From: a bacterium
Lineage (GTDB): Bacteria; Fidelibacterota; Fidelibacteria; Fidelibacterales; Fidelibacteraceae
Direction of reading: 5' to 3'
Assembly: GCA_963676395.1 (NCBI GenBank)
Contig: OY781066.1
Span: 1,664,001 to 1,728,000 of the forward strand
DNA length: 64,000 bases
Shown here: in pieces, positions 58,919 to 64,000 of the stretch
Position numbering within the stretch: the stretch's first letter is position 1
How the letters are laid out: each line of letters starts with the position of its first letter
The notes under the pieces: model-generated
The model's database searches: none
Told to the model about the DNA's origin: nothing
What the model saw: only the letters and a program-made list of their open reading frames with translations
Program-made: the position numbers and the translations under genes

Positions 58919-59665
58919 TTAGGCTTTTTTAATCCAATTTGTTTCCATTTTTAGGACACTTTTTTTACTGCTTTGGTTAATAACATGGTGAAGAATCCTA
59001 AATCCATCATGCTTGGGGATCACTTCGCATTGCGATAGGAGTATCTCGCCATAAAATGCTTGTCCTTTGAATGTGATTTGAGCATCGACGAGTTTGGAAC
59101 CCAGAAGGATATTAATAGGGATACTTTCAATTCCAAACTCAACTAATGGTCTATTATTAACATGCTTATTGATGTCAATATCATGCTTGCGAATTCTGAT
59201 TTCTTGTGAATGCTCAATGTTTTTGGGAAGCTCAAGTGAGGGGAAATTATCATCGATGGCTCGTTCATCTACCAATGAATCAAAAATAGGTAGATGTTCT
59301 TCAACATTAACGATTTGCTTGGTTTTGAAATCGTATATAACAAATGAAGATGTCATTCTGGCCAGCTTCTCACCATTTTCGCTTTCAAGCATGAATTCGC
59401 GAAGTGTGAAAAGACCTTTACAGGATGAAGGCCAGGTTTTCATTACCACAGTTTCACCATAGGCGGGGTAGCGTTCTACAGAAATGTGGTAGCGAGACAG
59501 CATCCATGTGAGTCCCTTTTTAAATAAGTCAAAAATGCTCACATTTAAGATCACTGAGTGTTCTGCAGCGATATCCTGCATCATGTTCATAAGAGAGGAA
59601 AAGCTGAGTTTTAGGTCAAGTCCGCACTCGGGCTGACGAATAGTAAAGTGTTTTTCATATTTCAT
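58919..59665 (-). CDS. Acyl-ACP thioesterase (double hotdog)
   Basis: QDIAAEH, WMLSR, TWP, DIDINKHVNN. Confidence 0.9.
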   Translation of the reverse strand: MKYEKHFTIRQPECGLDLKLSFSSLMNMMQDIAAEHSVILNVSIFDLFKKGLTWMLSRYHISVERYPAYGETVVMKTWPSSCKGLFTLREFMLESENGEKLARMTSSFVIYDFKTKQIVNVEEHLPIFDSLVDERAIDDNFPSLELPKNIEHSQEIRIRKHDIDINKHVNNRPLVEFGIESIPINILLGSKLVDAQITFKGQAFYGEILLSQCEVIPKHDGFRILHHVINQSSKKSVLKMETNWIKKA

Positions 59666-59692
59666 GTTTACTCCTGTGTAAGGCGGAAATGT

Positions 59693-59731
59693 AAAGTTAA
59701 AAGGAAAAAGTTAAAAGGAAAAAGTCAAAGG
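59693..59731 (+). repeat. 14-bp-period tract (AAAGTTAAAAGGAA)
   Basis: About 2.8 copies. Confidence 0.6.
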
Positions 59732-59779
59732 CTTAACAAATATTGGATAAGTTTACAAAGTTTATATGTTTGTTGGGAT

Positions 59780-60373
59780 TTACCCTTTTAGAATAGAAAT
59801 GGCAATCAGAATCATGATGACCGCAATGATTCCATTAAAAACGAAGTAAAATGTTTTGTTTTCAAAGTATTTTGACAAGCTAGAGCCAATCAAGGTCCAT
59901 AATGAAATGCAGATATAAGCCAGAATGACAGCAAAAATCACTGTAAGAATCACTGATATAGGTGATATGCTAACAACATCGGCAAATGAGGTAAAGATAG
60001 TTAATCCGAAAAATATGAGTTTGATATTTAGCAATTGTAATATCATTCCCGAAACAAAACTGTAAGTGATCTCTTTGCTACTTTTTTTACTATTCATAAA
60101 TATAAATGGAGCCAATCCCAAAAAGATTATATATCCGGCACCGGCCCATTTTAAAATATTGAAAAAAAGTGATTCGGTATTGAGTGATGATGTAAAGAAA
60201 CCTGCAACAAATAAGACAATGGATATTCCAGAGCAAATGCCCAGTATGTAAGGAATGGTTTTACGATATCCGATTTTTACACCCGCAGCTGCAGATGTGA
60301 TGTTGTTAGGTCCGGGCGTAATGGTTGCAGTGACTGTAAATAAAATAAAGCTAATGAGTAGTTCGTTTTGCAT
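59780..60373 (-). CDS. LysE/RhtB family amino acid exporter
   Basis: Start MQNELL with GGAG RBS; ITPGPNN, LKWAGAGY, LQLLNIK. Confidence 0.85.
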   Translation of the reverse strand: MQNELLISFILFTVTATITPGPNNITSAAAGVKIGYRKTIPYILGICSGISIVLFVAGFFTSSLNTESLFFNILKWAGAGYIIFLGLAPFIFMNSKKSSKEITYSFVSGMILQLLNIKLIFFGLTIFTSFADVVSISPISVILTVIFAVILAYICISLWTLIGSSLSKYFENKTFYFVFNGIIAVIMILIAISILKG

Positions 60374-60518
60374 TGTTTCTCCAATGCGATAAAATAATTG
60401 AAAATTGAAAATTGGCAAAGGAGAATTAAATTAAGAATTGTAATCGTTTTAATTTGCCTCAAATTAGATACTTCAAGCTTTCGACTTTTTAATCTAAAAA
60501 GAAAATTGGACAATAATG

Positions 60519-61910
60519 TTATACGGGTTCAGTAAAAATTTTCTTTTCTTTACGCATTTCTATACTCAACCAAATAATTGCCATGGCACAGGATGCATAA
60601 TCCGCTAAAGGCATCGACCACCAAATACTGTCAACACCATAAATAGGCGTTAGAATTAAAATAAGAGGAATAAGTATTAATACTTGACGAGCTGATGAAA
60701 TAACAAGGGCAGGAATAGCTTTTCCGATGGATTGAAAATAGCCACTAGCTACAATTTGTAATCCAAGGGTGGGGACACCAAGTATGATTAGTCTAAGGAT
60801 TTTTGCACCCAATTTAACAGTTTCACTTTCTTGGATAAATGCACCCACAATAGGCTTGATGAATATGAAAATTAGAATAAAGCCGATTATAGATATCATG
60901 CTTGCCGACAGTGCTGAAATTTTAAGCGCTTTATTGGAACGATCGACCTGCTTTGCACCGAAGTTATAACCTACAATAGGTTGCATTCCTTGGGCAATAC
61001 CTATCGAAGGCATCATTACAAATGATACGACGGGCGATAAAACTCCCATGATCGCAAAGTGGACATCAAGACCATACTGTTTAATTGCATTATTTATTAC
61101 GATAGAAAAAAGTGTAAATGCACCGGTTCTTACCAATGAAGGTAGTCCAATAGCAAAAGTTTTTCCAATGATATCCCAATCAACTATAAACATATTTGCT
61201 TTAATCTTGAAATAACTTTTTCCAGAAAGGAAGTATGTTGTGATTAATATAAATCCCAAGAATTGAGCAATGATCGTCGCAATTGCAGCCCCCTCTACTC
61301 CCATTTTAAAAATAATAACAAAGAGATAATCAAGTGGAATATTTAATACAGTACCAACGATCATCACAACCATGGCCATAATAGCATTTCCTTCAGCACG
61401 AATGATGTTATTCATTGAAACTGTAACACTAAAGAAAATAGTTCCGTAGAACACTATTTTTGTATAGGCTAGTGCATAAGGCATTATCGCATCTGTTGCG
61501 CCAAATATCCGAAGTATGGGTTCTGTGAAAAGTGTACCTACCGTTGTTAAGATAGCTGAGAGAACAATGATCATCATAAGAGAATTCCCAAATGTAACAT
61601 CAGCTTTATGGAACTCCTTGGCACCCAGGTAACGAGAGATGAGAGAGGAAGCACCTATGCCCATCATGGTTGCAAGAGCAATAATTAGCATTTGTATTGG
61701 GAATGCAATGTTTAGTCCAGCTAAACTTAAGGTCCCCACATGTACAACATCCCCGGCAGTATTTATGATATCGGCTTGATTTCCAATAAACAGTTTATCA
61801 ACAATATTATAAATTGAGTTTAGTAACATTCCTAATACGGCTGGAATCGAGAACTTAAATAGTAGTTTTCCAATAGGTTCATTTCTTAGTGCTTGTTGAT
61901 TTTTATTCAC
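60519..61910 (-). CDS. MATE family efflux transporter (MepA-like)
   Basis: KLLFKFSIP, YNIVDKLFIG, RAEGN, GVEGAAIAT, QPIVGYNFGA. Confidence 0.92.
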   Translation of the reverse strand: MNKNQQALRNEPIGKLLFKFSIPAVLGMLLNSIYNIVDKLFIGNQADIINTAGDVVHVGTLSLAGLNIAFPIQMLIIALATMMGIGASSLISRYLGAKEFHKADVTFGNSLMMIIVLSAILTTVGTLFTEPILRIFGATDAIMPYALAYTKIVFYGTIFFSVTVSMNNIIRAEGNAIMAMVVMIVGTVLNIPLDYLFVIIFKMGVEGAAIATIIAQFLGFILITTYFLSGKSYFKIKANMFIVDWDIIGKTFAIGLPSLVRTGAFTLFSIVINNAIKQYGLDVHFAIMGVLSPVVSFVMMPSIGIAQGMQPIVGYNFGAKQVDRSNKALKISALSASMISIIGFILIFIFIKPIVGAFIQESETVKLGAKILRLIILGVPTLGLQIVASGYFQSIGKAIPALVISSARQVLILIPLILILTPIYGVDSIWWSMPLADYASCAMAIIWLSIEMRKEKKIFTEPV

Positions 61911-61952
61911 TTAGCAAATTCCTTGCTTTTGAGTTCATGTTTTTTTAATATA

Positions 61953-62002
61953 GTTGCGCAAGCAACCAAGAGAGTATAATGAATATTGGTTGCGATGGCA
62001 AC
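61953..62002. promoter_or_regulatory. Two palindromic operators between the divergent MATE and MarR genes
   Basis: GTTGC-GCAA-GCAAC (61953-61966) and GTTGC-GATG-GCAAC (61989-62002) flanking TATAAT. Confidence 0.75.
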
Positions 62003-62019
62003 AATAATTTGGAGAATTT

Positions 62020-62457
62020 ATGCATAAATCTCATGGACAAAGAATCGGATATCTGAGCAGAATGTCTCACCGGTATTTTAGTGAAAAGTTAGGTGCAATG
62101 GGGATCGGTCCCGGTCAGACATTCATTTTAAAAAGCCTATATCATGAAGATGGTGTTCATCAGGAATCTCTTGTGGATAATTGTCAATTACATAAAGCCA
62201 ATGTTGCCAGAGCGCTTGCAAAATTGGAAGAAAATGGACTTGTGAAGCGTGAGTCTGATCTCAATGATAAACGAGCAAAGCTTATTCGTTTAACTCCCAA
62301 AGCGATAGAGATCAAAGATGATTTCTTTACAGCTTTTAGATCTTGGAGTGAAATGCTCACTCAAGGTTTTACAGATAAAGAAAAAGAGCTTTCTTTTGAG
62401 TTGCTCGACCGTATGGCTGCAAATGTAGAGCCCTATTATGGTGATAAGAATAATTGA
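62020..62457 (+). CDS. MarR family transcriptional regulator
   Basis: KANVARALAKLEENGLVKR...DKRAKLIRLT. Confidence 0.92.
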   Translation: MHKSHGQRIGYLSRMSHRYFSEKLGAMGIGPGQTFILKSLYHEDGVHQESLVDNCQLHKANVARALAKLEENGLVKRESDLNDKRAKLIRLTPKAIEIKDDFFTAFRSWSEMLTQGFTDKEKELSFELLDRMAANVEPYYGDKNN

Positions 62458-62619
62458 GAGTGGAAAATTCAATTAAGAATTAAAGCTCCGCAAACTTGTT
62501 TTCAATAAAGTTTTTGCTTGGATAAAAAATAATATATTATATCTGTAATAATATTGAACTTTAGCTTAAGTCGGTTGATTATTTCAATTCACTAATCCTC
62601 AACTTTTCATCTTGTAAAG

Positions 62620-62645
62620 AAAAAGACTCGAGAAATCGAGTCTTT
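62620..62645. terminator. Terminator after murQ
   Basis: AAAGACTCGA-GAAA-TCGAGTCTTT. Confidence 0.8.
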
Positions 62646-62675
62646 ACATTTTAAAATTTTGTTCTTTGCCTTGAG

Positions 62676-63590
62676 CTATATATGTAGCTCTTTGCCTTCT
62701 TCATCCAGTACTTTTCTTAAAGCCCCGCCATGTTTAGCAAGTCTTTCGCGGGCGGTAGGAGCATCAACATCCAAAAGAACCATAACTAAAGCTGTTTTAA
62801 CACTGCCTTTAGATTCTTTAAGTTTTTCCATACCATAATCATAGTCAACACCGGTACAGTGGCGGATGATACGAGCTCCACGATCCCATAGTTTCTTATT
62901 GGTGGTCATTAAGTCCACCATCAGATTACCATAGGTTTTATTCATTTTGATCATGGTTGCCGTTGTGATCATGTTTAAGATAAGTTTTGTAGCAGTTCCG
63001 GCTTTCATGCGGGTTGAACCGGTTACGATTTCCGGTCCTACAACTGCTTTGATCAAAATATCAATATCTTTTGTTTTTTCGAATTCGTTACAAACCAACA
63101 AACCGGTTGTTCCACCGATCTCTTTGGTTCGTTTTAAAGCAGCATGTACGTAAGCTGCAGAACCACTGGTTGTTATACCAAGAAGGCAGTCATTTTCCGT
63201 TAAGCCGCGTTCGCCAATAATGCGGTAACCTTCATCAAAATCATCTTCGGCACCTTCAACAGCTGTTACCAGTGCTTCCATGCCACCACACATGATACCT
63301 TGTACCAGATGATTGGGGGCGGAATATGTTGGGGGGATCTCAGAAGCATCTAGAACACCTAAGCGACCTGAAGTTCCTGCACCGATATAAAAAAGTCGAC
63401 CACCTTTTTTCATTGAGTCGACAACAGCATCTACAAATTCAGTAATAGCAGGAATAGCTTGTTCAACTGCATTGGGAACTGTCTTGTCTTCATTGTTCAT
63501 GGTGACAAGAATTTCATTTGTGCTCATCTGATCAATGTTCTTGCTTGCTTGATTTTGTTGTTCTGTTGCCTTATCGCTAATTTGCTTCAT
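62676..63590 (-). CDS. murQ: N-acetylmuramic acid 6-phosphate etherase
   Basis: GAGTSGRLGVLDASEIPPTY, EGAED, GPEIVTGSTRMKAGTATK. Confidence 0.96.
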   Translation of the reverse strand: MKQISDKATEQQNQASKNIDQMSTNEILVTMNNEDKTVPNAVEQAIPAITEFVDAVVDSMKKGGRLFYIGAGTSGRLGVLDASEIPPTYSAPNHLVQGIMCGGMEALVTAVEGAEDDFDEGYRIIGERGLTENDCLLGITTSGSAAYVHAALKRTKEIGGTTGLLVCNEFEKTKDIDILIKAVVGPEIVTGSTRMKAGTATKLILNMITTATMIKMNKTYGNLMVDLMTTNKKLWDRGARIIRHCTGVDYDYGMEKLKESKGSVKTALVMVLLDVDAPTARERLAKHGGALRKVLDEEGKELHI

Positions 63591-63663
63591 GTTTTCCCTT
63601 TTTTTATCCTGTAAAATCGGTTATTATTTTAATACGAAAAACGAATGAAAACAAGTGAATAAA

Positions 63664-64000
63664 ATGTTTAAAAAATACGCACTTATAACTCTTATGGTAT
63701 TTGCTGTTTTGGGGATGAATTCTCTTATTGCTTTGCCTATGGTCTACGATTTACGACACGTTGATAGTACCACTTCCTATATTTCTTTAGTTCGCGATCA
63801 ACAGGGTGGAACTTGTTGGACGCATGGTACTATGGCTGCAGTTGAAAGCAATATGCTGCGAAACGGATTATGGCCTTTATCAAATTTACATGAATTGAAT
63901 CTTTCTGAGTATCATTTAGATTGGTGGAATGGTTTCAATCTTTATTACAATGAAGATTTTGGTTTTCATCCCGTTGCAGGATTAGATGTTCATTTTGGGG
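63664..64000 (+). CDS. Secreted papain-like (C1) cysteine peptidase, 5' part
   Basis: Signal peptide, then YDLR...VRDQQGGTCWTHG...LNLSEYHL. Confidence 0.82.
   Translation, partial: MFKKYALITLMVFAVLGMNSLIALPMVYDLRHVDSTTSYISLVRDQQGGTCWTHGTMAAVESNMLRNGLWPLSNLHELNLSEYHLDWWNGFNLYYNEDFGFHPVAGLDVHFG

Overview
Bacterial chromosomal window, probably FCB-group (inference only). It has two halves. (1) From 1 to ~26.6 kb, between lplA and rsmB, is an accessory tract in which every credible CDS is on the minus strand and GC content changes visibly between modules. It carries a 7TM histidine kinase, a holin-like gene, OsmC, a ZIP transporter, a frameshifted IS200/RAYT-type tnpA with a 72-bp hairpin-repeat array, a GH13 lipoprotein, a nitroreductase, an AT-rich three-gene unit (unknown protein + TM-OmpA fusion + RloC-like ABC-ATPase/HEPN), an HTH + hydrolase pair, a HipBST-like tripartite TA locus and a 1600-aa exonuclease-RecQ-UvrD fusion. 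Several modules end in decayed 5' fragments of genes that are intact further downstream (nitroreductase twice, GH13 once). The best-preserved fragment differs mainly at synonymous sites, which points to serial, one-side-anchored gene capture from relatives with no integrase in view. A mirror case occurs at the folC 3' end. (2) From 27 to 64 kb are mostly housekeeping genes (rsmB, metH, metF, amidase, murI, folC, HIT, smc, comF, spmAB, apbE, arsC, dut, dppA, MATE/MarR, murQ, tRNA-Asn, tRNA-Leu). Among them are a four-helix-bundle gene flanked by heptamer arrays, a decayed second copy of that family, many REP-like palindromes and a candidate lipoprotein toxin/immunity pair. All calls are by-eye motif recognition; no searches were run.
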